Positions 36,950 to 51,000 of a stretch of 64,000 nucleotides of DNA are shown piece after piece. The translations under genes and the position numbers were made by a program. The stretch's first letter is position 1; each line of letters opens with the position of its first letter. This stretch comes from Mobula hypostoma (lineage: Eukaryota), in NCBI RefSeq assembly GCF_963921235.1, contig NC_086097.1, forward strand, positions 131,070,001 to 131,134,000. Direction: 5' to 3'. The notes under the pieces are model-generated. The model searched no databases, had not been told where the DNA came from, and worked only from the letters and a program-made list of their open reading frames with translations.

Positions 36950-38620
36950 AATAAATTAATGTACAAAGATACAGTGAAAAGATTGTCTTGCAAACTCTTC
37001 AGACAGATCAGATCATTACACAATGCATTGAGGTAGGACAAGGTAAAACAATAATCATGCAGAATAACGTGTAATGGATAAGAGCAAACACAGTGGCAGT
37101 AAACACTAAGGAGAAAGCTCATAACAAGGTAGATTGTGAGGACAAGAATCAATCTTATCATACTAGGGAACTATTTGTTAGTCATATAACTATGGGGAAG
37201 AAGTTGTCCTTGAACATGATTTCAGGCTTTTGTATCTTCTGCCCGATAAAAGACAGGGGAAAAAAAGCGTAGCCAGAGTGGTGGAGTCTTTAATTATGCT
37301 GGCTGCTTCATTGAGGCATTGAGAAGGATAGATAGAGGCCATAGAAGGTAGGCTGATTTCTGTGATACGCTGAGCTGCATCCACAACTCTGAAGTTTCTT
37401 GCAGTTCTTTGCAGAACAGTTGCCTTACCAAGCTATTACACATCCAGATAGGATACTTTCAATGGTGCTTTGATAAAAATTGGCTCTCAGCATCAGGAGA
37501 TTGGTGATGACTTTCCTTGGAATTATAGTATTACAGGCAGAGCTATAATCAATTTAAAAAATAGTCTGGCATACATGTCCTTATAGTCCAGATGTTCCAG
37601 AGATGAATGTAGGGCCAGGGAGATGCATTCCCCATAAACTTGTTTTGGCAGCAAGAAGATTGCAATAGGGCAAGGTTGTCTGGAAGGCTGCGGTTAATAT
37701 GTGCCATGACTAGCCTCTCAAAGCACTTCATGATAGTTGATGTCAGCATTGCTGGGCAGCAATCATTTAGGCATATTATTTTTGGTTTTTTTAGGTATGG
37801 GATGATAGTGGCCTTTTGAAAGCAGATGTGAACCATAGATTGAGGCAGAAAATTGTTAAAAATATTTACAAATACTCCCATTGGCTGATCTTCAAGATAT
37901 CTTAAGGACATGGTCAGGGACACCATCTGGGTCAGATGCTCTCTGTAGGTTCATTCACCAGAAGGTTGCCATTACATACACAGTGTTGACTGTGGGTTCA
38001 GGTGCACTAAAGGCTGTCAGGGCTGGTGGTGACATACCCATTCCGTTCTGTTCAAAACTTTCACAGAATGCATGAAGCTCATCAGGAAGTGATGAGCTGT
38101 TTTCAGTGATGCTGCCCGACTTTATTCTGTAACCATTATAGAATGTAAGCCCTACCATAACTGACAACTGATCTGGCACATCTCTAATACCTTTATGGAG
38201 CTTATATCTCAAATTCCTGTGAAGGTCAATGTCACCCAGTTTGAATGCTGCAGACCAGGACTTTAGTAGCGAATGGACCTATTGGTTCATCAATGGATTC
38301 CAGTGTGGGAACACCCAGGTTGTCCTCCTTGGTGCAGTTCTCAGCACACTTGCTGATAAAAGTCCAAGTTGGTAGTGTCATGCTCATCTAGGCTGACAGC
38401 TGAGTCTTTGAACTCGGACCATTCTGCCAACTCAAAGCAATCACATAGGAGCTCATCTGTATTGTATGACAAGCACTGCATGACTTTTTGTACTAGATCT
38501 TCCCGTTTCAGCTTCTGTTTGTACACTGCAGGGAGGAGCTCAGCCTGATGGTCTGATTATCAAAGTGTGGACAGGGGAGTAGCTTGGTAATAATCTTTGA
38601 TAATTGTATATAACCATGCT
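36950..38620 (-). mobile_element. Decayed Rex1/Babar LINE
   Basis: CLNDCCPAMLTSTIMKCFERLVMAHI, LPDELHAFC and LCDCFELAEWSEFKD. Confidence 0.9.
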
Positions 38621-38779
38621 TCTTCACTCAATGATTATGAAAATGTTATGATGATTTATTTAGCATAATTTCTCTTCTTGCCACAAACAATGATTTATAT
38701 AACTTGTACTGGTAGCCTACATTGCAGACTAACCAGTATGTTTTGATGTCAATAAAATACTCCTCTGAAATACCAGGAG

Positions 38780-40680
38780 AAGAAATGTCATGTGAAAGCA
38801 GAATTCCAATGAAAAACTCTTAACCTAAAGAACAGTCAGTGGATAAAAATATGACATTTGTACTTCAACATGTTCGGCATCCCCAAGGTCATCAAAACTC
38901 AAAAACCCAAAGCTCTATTGAGAACCTATAAAGTAAATGTACTTAGTAAGGGCAAGGAAGCAGTCAGTGCCCGCTGCAAGGAATGCTTTGAAGACCCTTT
39001 TGACATGAACACTACCCTTGAGGTGAAGTCCTTGCCTCCATTGCTCAGCACCCTTTGTTTCAGCTTTGCTGCCACATCATATCCCACCAAAAAACAACAA
39101 GGGCTAAAGAGCAGGGGATGTTCCAAAAGTTGGCAGTGATGTGCTTCCAATTCAAATGCACAGTCTCACTATCCTTATCTGACAAGCAGAGGATTAAACA
39201 TGATCAAGTCAAGACAAGTTTATTGTCAAGTACACAACTACAGTGAGTTATAGGTAAAATGAACAATTTGCTTGCAGCAGCAGCATCACAGATTGCTGTA
39301 AGCAAGCTGTTCCTCTTACCTAGACATATAGTTCAAACAATCATGACCATTTTCAAGAAGGGAAACAAATCAGAGAGACATCTCTGTTTTTTGCCAGTGC
39401 CTTCCTCAATTGCTTGCTCATGGTGACCAAAGATCTTCTTCCTAATTGCAGTGTCAATTCTACCCCTCTAAAAGCAGAGTGGACATCATCCTTACCACAA
39501 GACAAATACAAGAAATGCAGGGACCAATACTAACTACTGTGTATGACCTTTCTTGACCACATAATTCTTTTGACCCCCCCCCCCCATTGTCCCAGTGTTC
39601 AGTGGGTCCATCCTATAGGAACATCCTATTCAGATTTGGGTGCCCACAGAATTTCCCCAAAATTAAGATGACAAGCAAGCCATGACTCTACCAACAAGTC
39701 CATAACTAAGGCTGTATCATTGCCTGAACCTTGTTCTTTCATTCTTTCTTGCTGTAATGCTGCTGCTCATCTCCAATAAAATGCATGCAGGAGTGGAACT
39801 AATTCTCAGAACTAATAGTAAATTTTTCATCCTATGGTACTCCAGAACCAAGGTCTCCCCAATTTCAGTAGACAGTACTGCTACTGTATGCAGGCAGCTC
39901 TTGAATTTGAGAGCAGTCAGAGAATGAGTTCAGTGACATTGTCAACTCTGTCACTGAAGCATAGGAGAGGAGAACCCTTGAATTAAACACGTGCAGAATA
40001 AAGGTACTCTGCCATAATTCCCACCACCCCCAACCCCAGTTCCACGGACTACACTATCCTCCAACAATAAAAGTTAATGCAGAACAGGTACTAATTTAGA
40101 AATCATGTCTGAGCAAAGGTAGGCATCAATGCACCAGCATAGCCTTCAGTAGTTAGTCTTTAATCAAGATCTCAAAGCTGGCATGAAAGTCATAGTCTTC
40201 TGGGATGTATCGATACCTGCCCACCTATATGTTTCTAAGACTTGGACTTCTTACGGCAGATACCAAAGACACTTATTGCCAACAATATCTTTGCAAAATC
40301 TTCTAACCTCACTGGCAGGGAATTAAACTAAAATTAGCATTCTCTCCCAGCACTGAGGTCTTATTAAAATTTGTTACATCCATTGGACAGAATACATTGT
40401 ACACATGCTTTACACAGAAAATCCACTCCATTCCATGCTAGGCAAATGGAGGAAAATGTTGAAAGGTGTGCTAAAACCCTCCACAAAGACCCCTGAAAAT
40501 CCCCAGCTTATGACTGCGCAAAGTGGAAAAGGAATATTTGGGAATAGGGAGAACATCTCATCCATGCATTAGTAGTACACGGAAGCCCAGTGTAAATGAA
40601 AGAAGGAGTATATCACCGCAGAAACACTATACTGTACCAATTGATACTTTCAGGCACCTCCTTCTCTTTTTTGTGAGAGG
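38780..40680 (+). mobile_element. Old RTE-clade LINE remnant
   Basis: ARCKECFED (WKEHF-like), accattttcaagaagggaaacaaatcaga, aaggctgtatcattgcc (QGCVIA-like) and ctatatgtttctaagacttgg (LYGSETW-like); heavily decayed. Confidence 0.65.
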
Positions 40681-42589
40681 GTCTGGATGGCACATTGGTT
40701 CTATTAGTACCCCACAGAACTCAGAGGCAAGCAAGTTATTCTCAATCCCAAGTGACTTCCTAAAAAGAGGAATCTTAAAGACCAGACATGTCTGTAATTT
40801 AGGGAAATTTCGCAGACAGTTTGCACATTTCATTATCACGACAACATGACAACAGTATGGTCATAACCAGTTATTCTGTTTTAGATATTATCAAGATGAT
40901 TTACCTGAAGCAATAACTCTGTTTCAGATTCCTAGGAAGATGCCAAATCTGCTGAATGTTTGCAGTACTTTGTGTTTTTTTTATATCAAACCTACATCAT
41001 TCACAGGACTTTGCCACTCTTTTAGTAGCCAGGACGTCAGTGAGATCAGTCCTATTATAACTTTTAGGTATGTCCAAGAAGAAATAGAGGACCTTTGTTT
41101 AAATTTTCTTTACCACAAAAAGAACAAAGTGGATAAAACACATTGACTTTATGTCTGCAATTGAAGGCTGCAGCCTAATTCAGCTGTCATCTCGGCTTTT
41201 CAACTCAATAACCTCATGTGTCACTCAACATCACCTCTTTCCACAATCAGTGAGTATTTAGTAACTAACCCAACAGTTTATCTTCTTGGTTATGATTTAC
41301 CATGGAAAGCCAGGAAGGCTTCTAATCATATCTGACTGGGGTATGATCACCACAGCCCTTGTTGCAAATATGGAAGAGGATGCTTCTCTGATTTCACTGA
41401 TTAAGCTGTTCACCACTAAATAATGCTGAGATAAGTTCTCCCTTCTCAAGAGTATGAGACTGGTTAACCAATCTCAAATTGAAATTATAAATACGACCAA
41501 TATAAAAGGGAAAGATTTAAAAAGGAACAACACTTGAATTGTACACATAAGATCAATTTACTACTCTTTGAAATGGCATGGATGAAGAAAACTGAGTGTT
41601 AAATGCAGTTGGGAGCATTTTAGGTCCTGTCATCAATGACCCTCTTGCCAAAATTTCTCAATCCAAAATGTCTACTGTTCAATTCCCTCCACAGTAGTTG
41701 CCTCGCCCACTGAGTTCCTCCAACAGTTTGCTTCTTCACTCCAGATTCCAGCATCTGCAGTCACATGTGTCTGCCAATTAAGAATGTTGTTTCCCAGCTT
41801 GGACCATACTGTAATCTGAATTTCAAATCAGAATGATTTTTTTCTGAAATACTATATAATGTTTCTTCCACACTTCTTCTTGAAGTTCCATACCCCATTC
41901 CTAATAACCCTGATTTACTTCTGTTTGTTCTTACAAGTTGCAGATGCTGTATCTAGGAAGCCAAGATTAGCAAAAAACCAAGGGGTGAATGTCCATCACG
42001 TTACTCAATACAATAGTGGGATGGCCGATATGCGGGCATGGGACAGCCAATTTGTCTCTGACTTTCATGTTTCATGGAGCAAGGCACAGAAACTAGAGAC
42101 AAGCTAATCCTCAAAAACTGCAAAGGCAATAGTTCCCACTGGAATCAGCAGTCACAGGTCAAAGTGATCTAGCTCAATGATGTATGCTATCTGTACTTAA
42201 GTGAATGTTTTACAGTTTCAATTTGATAAATACGTTGCATCACTCTGCTGCTTTGCACTCACTGTTGTATTTATTGATGCATTTATTAATCCCATGTGTA
42301 CTGTTTACTCTGTGAATTTCATATGAACATGGAATTTCATTGCACCCTGGTGTAAACTAATTTAATATAATCATATAAGCATTATTATCCTTTAATTAAA
42401 AGGAAAGTAATGTTTATATGATTATATTAAATTATTTATATCATTCATTTGATCTCTCATGTCAGACATATAGACAAGAAACTGCAGTTCTTGATCTTGA
42501 CAAAAACTGCAGGAACCTTGAGAAAGTCACCCCCCAAGGAGCTCAGAAGAAAAATTGCATGTTACAAAGGAGAATTTTTAAAGTTGTTA

Positions 42590-43090
42590 TTCCTAGCATC
42601 AAGGGATAAGGAAGATACAATCAATGCTACCTCTGCAAAATCCTTCAAGTTCATGGGAAGGGTTCACAAAGTGACCTCTCCCAGAACATCCTGAGCACTG
42701 AGCCTGGTTCTGTTGAGCTGGACATATTGTTCTTGTGCCCAACACATGAGCCAGAACCAGACTATTCCAAACATTTCTGCTGTGAAGCAGGAGGAACAGG
42801 AGCCTGACTACCCACACCTCAAGGTTCAACAACAGCTTCTTCCCCACCGCCATCAGGTTCTTGTATCAATCTGAAAACCCCTCATTCTACCTTGGACCAT
42901 ATTTCTCTTAACTTGGATTATTGTTATTTTCTTTATTTTTGCTTATTTCGTCATGCAGGTTTATGGATAATTATGTTAGTTTTGCCGATGCAATTTTTGT
43001 TTGCCATATTAGAGCTGCTGTTGCATAAGGCTAATTTTCATGGCATCTTTACCTAGTTATGTATCTCTACGACAATAAACTTGAATTTAC
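42590..43090 (+). mobile_element. Rex1/Babar 3' end
   Basis: aggttcaacaacagcttcttccccaccgccatcagg; tail acaataaacttgaa. Confidence 0.75.
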
Positions 43091-43549
43091 ACACTGTCAT
43101 GGAAGTAGATTACCAGGAGGCAGAAGTAATGATTCAAGGATGTTTTCAAACGCTTCTAAAAATATATAACATCCCCATTGAGTTTTGGTAATGCCTGGCC
43201 ATAACCATCTAAAATGGTGAAGAAACATTTGAGCTAGTATGAACAACATCAATGGTCCATGTGTTAGTGGTGTATAAAAAGAAAAAGAGCACACCACCTT
43301 ACAGACCATCCACTCACACACCCCGTAAGGTACTCCTTTCGAACCTGTGGACGAGTTTGTGTTTGACCAGTCACCTCAGAGCCGAGAAACCTGAGTGGAA
43401 TTAAGGCATCCTTAATCTCAAAGGACTGCTTCAAAAGAGGGAAGATCATAAACTGTTAAGAATAGCTATTAAACTGAAGAAGACTGAAGAAGATGGTGCC
43501 AGCGATCCATCTTCTTTCAAATAGGATTCTGCTACAATTGGAATCTGTG

Positions 43550-44350
43550 ATTTACATTGTGATGGTGTGTTTTTGGGCTGAGGAAGAGATCTGGCACTTA
43601 GCTGTCTCCAAGGGAGTTTGGTGAGGTTTTGAGTGGAGTGTGCAGCCTGGAGGCTAAGAAGCCTGGAGATCGACTCCATTTCTCTCTCATCTTGCTGATT
43701 AAAGTGTCAGAAAAGTTTGGAATCAAGGAGGATGAGAGCGTAAAGTGAGCGGATATTCAGTGCCATCTGCCTGTGTTTAACTCGTCTCTTTTTCTCTCCC
43801 CCTTGCTCACTGCTCCTGGGGGAAGGTGCTTGCGTTTGACTGGTCTCCCTCTCCCTTTCAATCACTGCTGCCTGAGGAAGGTACCTGCATTTGATCGGTC
43901 TCTCTCTTCATCTTGCTCGATGCTGCTGGAGGATAGTGCCGGAGCCTTGGTTCTTAGCAAGGTTTCATAGGAGAGGTTTCTGCGTTGGACTCTGAAGTTA
44001 AGATTATGATGTATTTATGGTTCTGAATACTCCTTTTTTTTTGCTATTTTCTCTGATTTTGATCAGGGTGGCTTGCAGTCCACAAACAACACAGCACTAA
44101 ATTGAACTGAACTGAACTAAACTGAACATTCTTGGACTGCTTCAATGACACTGTGGTTTGATGTTTTTTACTATTTGTGTGATTTGTTCTTTTTTTTTTG
44201 TCCTTTGGGTGCTTGATGTTTTCTTTGAATGGGTTCCATGGTGTTTCTTTGTTTTGTGGCTGTATGTGGGAAGACAAATTTCAGGGTTCATATACTGCAC
44301 ACATACTTTGATAATTAAAGGAATTTTGGATCTTTGATCTTGAATCTTTA
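43550..44350 (+). mobile_element. Non-autonomous retroelement with Rex-type tail
   Basis: (ctgaa)n at ~44100; tail gaagacaaatttcagggtt...actttgataat...(atcttg)n. Confidence 0.55.
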
Positions 44351-44659
44351 AACATTTTAAATGAGAGATGAGTTTTCTCAGAGCTTATTTTAGACCCTCC
44401 TGTAATCAATCATTATAATTTGTATGTTACTATTCAAAGAACTTGATTATATCATCTTGAACAGTTTGAGAGCATCTGATTTCGACCTCTGCTTGAAGAA
44501 ATAACACACATTACACTGTATTAGCATTTTTCCAAAAGGAACTGGAGAGTAACCTTTAGATTTTGATTAACAGGCTGAACTGAGATATTTTACTTTTTAG
44601 GAAAGAATAGATCATTTGGAGCACTGTCCACCAAAGAAAGAGAGTATGATGTTGTGATT

Positions 44660-44965
44660 TTTGAATTATGAGGAGATATAAAAGGGTAGAACTAAAGATG
44701 CTGCTTCCACCTTTGGGAAGGGAATCTTTTGCCAGAGAGTGGTGAATCTGTGGAATTCTGTGGAAGACAGCCGTGGAAGCCAAGTTTTTATGTATATTTA
44801 AGGTGGAAGTTGATATATTGTTGATTGGTCAGGACATGAAAGAATATGGGGAGAAGGCAGGCAGTTGGGGCTAAGAGGAAAATTGGATCAGCCATGATGA
44901 AATGGTGGAGCAGGCTCGATAGGCCAAATGGCCTAATTCTGCTCCTATATCTTATGCTCTTATGG
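44660..44965 (+). mobile_element. CR1 3' end
   Basis: agagagtggtgaatctgtggaatt...ggccaaatggcctaattctgctcctatatcttatg. Confidence 0.85.
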
Positions 44966-45549
44966 AAGTCAAAACTACGAGTTATAAATCCAGTGGAAAA
45001 CTCAGGATAAAACTTCCTTGCCCAGAACCAGAAAAGCACAAGGCATAATTGAGGACATTCACAGAGATAGGTATGAAAAGAGTCTGCGTAAAATAGTAAA
45101 GCCATGAGTATACCTAAACCACTCCAGTGATTTGTGTTTGAATAACGTGACCCTATTGCAGACCCTATAAAAATGTCTCCCATGGCTCTTATCACCACAT
45201 CAATCTTCAATCTATGAGTGAAGTTTCTCTCAACATGGTGTTCCATCATGATAAGTGTGCTTTTAGGCAGAGTTTGTTTTTCTCGCTGTTGAATATGTTA
45301 TCTATTGGTTTCAAATTCTGCTGAGGTTACAAAAAGACATTTTTTATTGTGATGGTATTAGCTTTTACTGACCACAAAGTTCTAAACTGAATCAAAGACC
45401 TTAAACCTTATCTGATATAAACAGCCATGAGTACGTAACTAAAGGAAGATTATACTGTAACTATCCAATCTTCAAAGATAGGTTTGCTTCCCAGTTTATT
45501 CTCGATGGTGAGTTTACCAAGGAGAAGACACTTCCAGCTAACAAAGTAA

Positions 45550-47110
45550 ATTGGATTCTGGTTAATAGGGACACATCAAGATCAATACATTTTGGCCCAG
45601 TTAAATAGCTGCTCCAATTTGCTGAAGTTTCATTGAAATAGTTAAAAAGGTACTAAAAAAAGACAAACTACTATTTAACTGAGTAGAAAAGTGTGTATTT
45701 AAATGAAATATAGAATAAATTAGAATACCAAAACTACTAGAATACTATAAAACTGTGTATTAGTTCCTAATAGTTATCAATGGAGGAATTCATCCAGTGT
45801 ATGCTGCTGTGTTCTTTTGATTGATTTTCAATGAACAAAATCAGTGTAGACACCTAGTGCAGATAATGGACTGCCTCCATGCAATGATTTTAAAGATTGC
45901 ATCTTCCAAATCACCACATTCATTGTAATATGGTAGGGCATTGAAGAATGCAGTAGAATAGAGGGATCGAGGAATAATGGTGCATAGTTCCCTGAAGGTG
46001 GATTCTCATGTGGATAGGGTGGTGAAGAAAGCTTTTGGTATGCTGGCTTTTATAAATCGGAGCATTAAGTATAGGAGTTGGGATGTAATGTTAAAATTGT
46101 ACAAGGCATTGTTAGGGCCAAATTTGGAGTATTGTGTACAGTTCTGGTCACCGAATTATAGGAAAGATGTCAACAAAATAGAGAGAGTACAGAGAAGATT
46201 TACTAGAATGTTACCTGGATTTCAGCACCTAAGTTACAGAGAAAGGTTGAACAAGTTGGGACTTTATTCTTTAGAACGTAGAAGGTTGAGGGGGTCTTAA
46301 TAGAGGTATTTAAAATTATAAGGGGGATAGATAGAGTTGACGTGGATAGGCTTTTTCCATTGAGAATGGGGGATATTCAAACAAGAGGACATGAGTTGAG
46401 AGTTAGGGGGCAAAAGTTTAGGGGTAACATGGTGGGGAACTTCTTTACTCAGAAAGTGGTAGCTGTGTGGAATGAGCTTCCAGCAGAAGTGGTAGAGGCA
46501 GGTTCGATATTGTCATTTAAAGTAAAATTGGATAGCTATATGGACAGGAAAGAAATGGAGGGTTATGGGCTGAGTGCAGGTCGGTGGGACTAGGTGAGAG
46601 TAAGCGTTCGGCATGGACTAGAAGGGCCAAGATGGCCTGTTTCTGTGCTGTAATTGTTATATGGTTATATGGTTATAATATTCAAGATAATTGTTGATAC
46701 CTTCAAAAGAGAAATTGTTTCATTTTCACTCCTGCTGCTTCTGGCATCTCCAAGCCTGAATGCTTGAACCAGCAGTGAGCAAAACAATTTTGAATTTTCT
46801 TGTGGTGTATTACTCACCAACCATCAGCAACAAAAATCACTGCTTTTTGAACACAAACATGCAAGTGACGCTATTTTAAAACTGTTCACTCTCAGCACGG
46901 AGCGATGTCTAACGGCCACATGACATGCACACGACTGATGCTAATTAGAAACTTTGGCAACAGTCTCCTGCCCCAGTTAGGTGGCAGAGTGTCCCACATA
47001 AATGAAGGGAATCCCAGATATTTTCTCAATTTGTTTTTTGTTCTTTAAGAATTGTGCCAAATAAGCAGCAGCCCCGATTAACTGATGGCCCAATTAACTG
47101 GAATCTACTG
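45550..47110. mobile_element. Tigger-like MITE interrupted by a CR1
   Basis: Ends ggattctggttaataggg / cccaattaactggaatctactgta are inverted; the element is split by 45932-46675. Confidence 0.65.
45932..46675 (+). mobile_element. 5'-truncated young CR1 with putative 6-bp TSD taatat
   Basis: ORF ...PNLEYCVQFWSPNYRKDVNKIERVQRRFTRMLPG; tail (tatatggt)n; taatat at 45926-45931 and 46676-46681. Confidence 0.9.
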
Positions 47111-48794
47111 TAGTTTAAATCACAATTCATTTATTTTCAGTGATGCACCCTTAAATCCAAACAACACTCTTAAAATATACTTAAAACTCACAGATGATTT
47201 CCAGCTTAAACATTTCCAAACTACAAACCATTTCTGACACACAAAACATTTACAAAACACAAAGCATTTTGAAAACACAAAAGATAAAGCATTTCTAAAA
47301 TGTAAAGGATGAAGGATTTCCAAACACAGGTACAATTCCTATAAACTAAAAGACATAGCAATAAGTTGCAGATGAACAAGCTGCCTGTTCCAGAAACCGC
47401 AACCAGAGGAATGGCCTCTAGTTCACCCCGTGTTTCTTCCACGTTTCTTATTGCCTCATTCCTAATAGCCTGATTTAAATCTGATCTTACAAGTGGCAGA
47501 TGCTGTGTTTAGAAAACTGAGATTAGCAAACAATAAAGGGGTAAATATCCACCAGATTATTCAGGGGAACATTTCCGTCTGAGATACAAGAAATGAATCA
47601 AGTTATAAGGAGCGCCACATGGACTGAAAGAATGTACAAAAAATCAATGCAAATGAGGTTTTTCCTCTTCTTATGATGGTTCAATTTTCAATGACAAATT
47701 CAAGCAACAGCAGGAAGATCCTATTACAGTTGAGGTTTTCTCCCCAACTGGACACTCTGATGACAATTCTCATAAACATATCATCTCCCTTAAACAAACT
47801 GAATGTTGAATGTTTCACCAACCCTAAATAATTTAGACTGTTCATTAAGTGTAACTGCAGTAAATCGTTTAAAAGAGTTTGCTTACAATGTCTTTCTGTC
47901 AACTTGGACAAAATAGAACACTACTGGCTGAAAGGTTAATCGAGTAACACTGCTTATTTAGGGGCCACGTGACTGAAGATACTTATTTCCCAGAGCAAGA
48001 TGCAATACCAACCATTTCTGTGTTATTTCGTGATACTACAAAGAGACAAGCAGACATTCCATGAATTCTGCATCAGAGCTACATACAATAATGTCATCAC
48101 TTCTTTTTGAGCATTGTCAAGGAAATTAGGCCAGGTGGTCCCATTGTCTCATTGGTCACTGCCAAAATAATTGGTCTTAAGTAAGGTTTTCCCAAGATGG
48201 GATCTCACTAAGAGACATACAGTCACTGCACCATTTCCAACTTCAACCTCCATATCAGTTGCACCAACATGCACCATTGATTACAACACCAAATCCCACA
48301 GCCAACTCTCACCACCACCAGTCAAAAATGACTACACCTATTATTCTGAAAGATAACTTTAATATTAGTTATACCGGTATTTCCACTCAGTTGAATTAAG
48401 TTTCTTCTGTCACCTCTTTATGAATGTATTTTCATTAAGTAATTATCCTGAGTTTGTGTTACGGATGTTACCTGCCACATCAAGATATATATCAAACTTA
48501 AATCCTACTGTATATATCCAATGGTGTATTAATCCTATACCTATCTTTGAATTTAGGAGAAAATGCCATTATTGATCTTTGTTACAGTTAAATGAATTGG
48601 TGAGTTCCACAATAATTCCATTCAAAACTTTTAACTAGAGACCAAAAAACTCTTTGTCAATGAGACTTCAAATATTAAGATGCAAATGGAAAGTAACATT
48701 ATACCAACATGCACAATTCCTTTCTATTTCCAATTATTGGTCAAATATTCAGTAGTTTAGAATGTCTTTCATGGTTGAAATAAATCCATTGTTT

Positions 48795-49075
48795 AATTTA
48801 TTCAGAGATAAAGTGTGGAGCAGGTTCTTCTGGCCCAACGCAATGCACCACACAGCAACCCATCTGTTTAACCCTAGCTTAATCACAATTTACAATGTCC
48901 AATGAACTTACTAATCTTTGGACTGTGGGAGGAAACAGAGTACCTGGTGGAAACACATGCTGTCATGCGGAGAATGTACAAACTCCTTACAGATGGCACT
49001 GGAATTGAACCCTGAACTCCGATGCCCCAAGTTATAATAGCTTCATGCTAAACACTGAACTACTGTGGTGCCCCA
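48795..49075 (-). mobile_element. V-SINE/HE1-like SINE
   Basis: tttggactgtgggaggaaacagagtacctggtggaaacacatgc...ggaattgaaccc (V domain and B box, reversed). Confidence 0.8.
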
Positions 49076-49289
49076 TTTTAATAATAATTTTATTACAGTA
49101 ATTATTTGGAGCGTTGTATTTATTTGGAAATAATCACAAATTAGAAAGTTTTATGTATCTGTATTCCAAACCAAATCTAGCAATGATTTCTTTGCCATTA
49201 TATCATCATTTTATTGGGGAATTAATGTCCTAAACATTCTGGATTCCTCTTTCTCTTGACATCACTCTGGCCAACTCTCCAATCCTTTG

Positions 49290-49862
49290 TTCAGTCATGG
49301 AGTCATAGAAAAATACAGCACAGAAACAAGCCCTTCAGCCCATCTAGTCTGTGCTGAACAATTAAACTGCTTGCTCCCATCAACCTGCACCAGGACCATA
49401 GCCCTCCATATCCCTACCATCCATGTATTTATCCAAACTTTTCATAAACTTTGAAATGAAGCTTGCATGCACCACTTGCATGCTGGCAGCTCATTCTACG
49501 CTCTTACAACCTTCTGAGTGAAGAAGTTTCCCCTCATGTTCCCCTTAAACTTTTCACTTTTCACCCTTAACCCATGACTTCTAGTTGTAGTCCCACCCAA
49601 TCTCAGTGGAAAAAGCCTGCTTGCATTTATCCTGTCTATACCCCTTATAATTTTGTATACCTCTCTCAAATCTCCTCCCAATCTTCTACATCCCAAGGAA
49701 AAAAGTCATAACCTATTCCTTAGTTCCTTATAATTCTGATCCTCCAGTCCTGGCAACATCCTTGTAAATTTTATCTGTACTCTTTCAACCTTATTTACAT
49801 CTTTCCTGCAGGTAGGTAACCAAAACTGCACACAATATTCCAAATTAGGCCTCACCAATGTA
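49290..49862 (-). mobile_element. CR1 3' end
   Basis: RRLGGDLREVYKIIRGIDR...MRGNFFTQKVV. Confidence 0.9.
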
Positions 49863-50699
49863 AAGATTATCAAATAAATGGATTTATGGATAACTTATTT
49901 TCACAAACGTGTAATCAAAATTCTGTAGGTAAGTGCATAAAAATATTGGATTCTGATCCAACTCTGCTGAATTAGCTTAGTTTAACATAACAGGGTATGG
50001 GTTTTCCATTTGTACCCAATTGTCATGGGATTTGGAGCAGAACACGGAAAGGAGTTCTCATTTCTTTTGCATGTAGATTGTGTAGATAACAAAGTCAATC
50101 AGAGTCATCTGTACTACTTCTGACATTGAATAATTGTTGGTTATCCAAAACTGGAGGTCTTCAAAACATCCAGTGGATGTAAGATTTTAATAAAAAGAGA
50201 GAGGAAAAATCCAAAAAGTAGATTCACCATTACTGTTAATACATATTTTTAAAATTCTAGATAAATTGAAATTTATTAACTATAAATTCTCTGGCTCCAA
50301 GAATAGGATTTGAGCTCAGAATCAGAATCAGAATCAGAATCAGATTTAATATCACAGGCATATGTCACGAAACTCCTGGTTCTAGATCATCAGTCTAGGA
50401 CTAGGTTGCTGGTACACTTACATAATCATTTTGCCATTGTACTCCAAGTTGGAATCAATTAGTCCAACTGTTTGTAAACAAGGTTTTAAAGAAGTTTTCC
50501 TTGCGCAACACGAGAAGAGTAATATTATTTCCAGTCCAAGTAAAGTTGAGGTGATAGTATATTAAGCAACAGACAATCTGCTGGAGGACGCGATGGCTTC
50601 AGGAGCATGATGTTCAACCCATTGAGTTCTTTCAGCATTTTGTTTTCTGCTTCAGATTCCAGCATCTGCTCTCTTGTGCCTCAGTATTAGAGGAAGATG

Positions 50700-51000
50700 A
50701 TGATGTAAAAGCAACTGGTGTTACTGCCTCATAGCTCCAATGATCCAAATTTGCCATCTTTATGGGGCTTGCACATTCTCCCTGTGACTGTTTGGTTTTC
50801 TGTTCCCAAAGATATGCTGGTTGGTAGTGAACCGGCCACTATAAATAATACTTAATGTATCTAGGTGGCAGGAGTATCAAAGGGGTTTGATTGTCATGTG
50901 AGTGACATAGTTTACAGGGAAATAAATAGGAGGAGTGGGATTGATGGGATTACTCAGAAAACTAGCATGGACTCAATGGGCCAAAGGAGAGGAAATATGA
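50700..51000 (+). mobile_element. Decayed V-SINE-like SINE
   Basis: ttgcacattctccctgtgactg...cccaaagatatgctggttggtag...gactcaatgggccaaa. Confidence 0.6.

Noticed and set aside
47300..47660. Immunoglobulin V gene (octamer + leader-like exon)
   Set aside because: No V-domain exon (Cys...Trp...YYC) or RSS downstream; the leader is too long and contains a stop.
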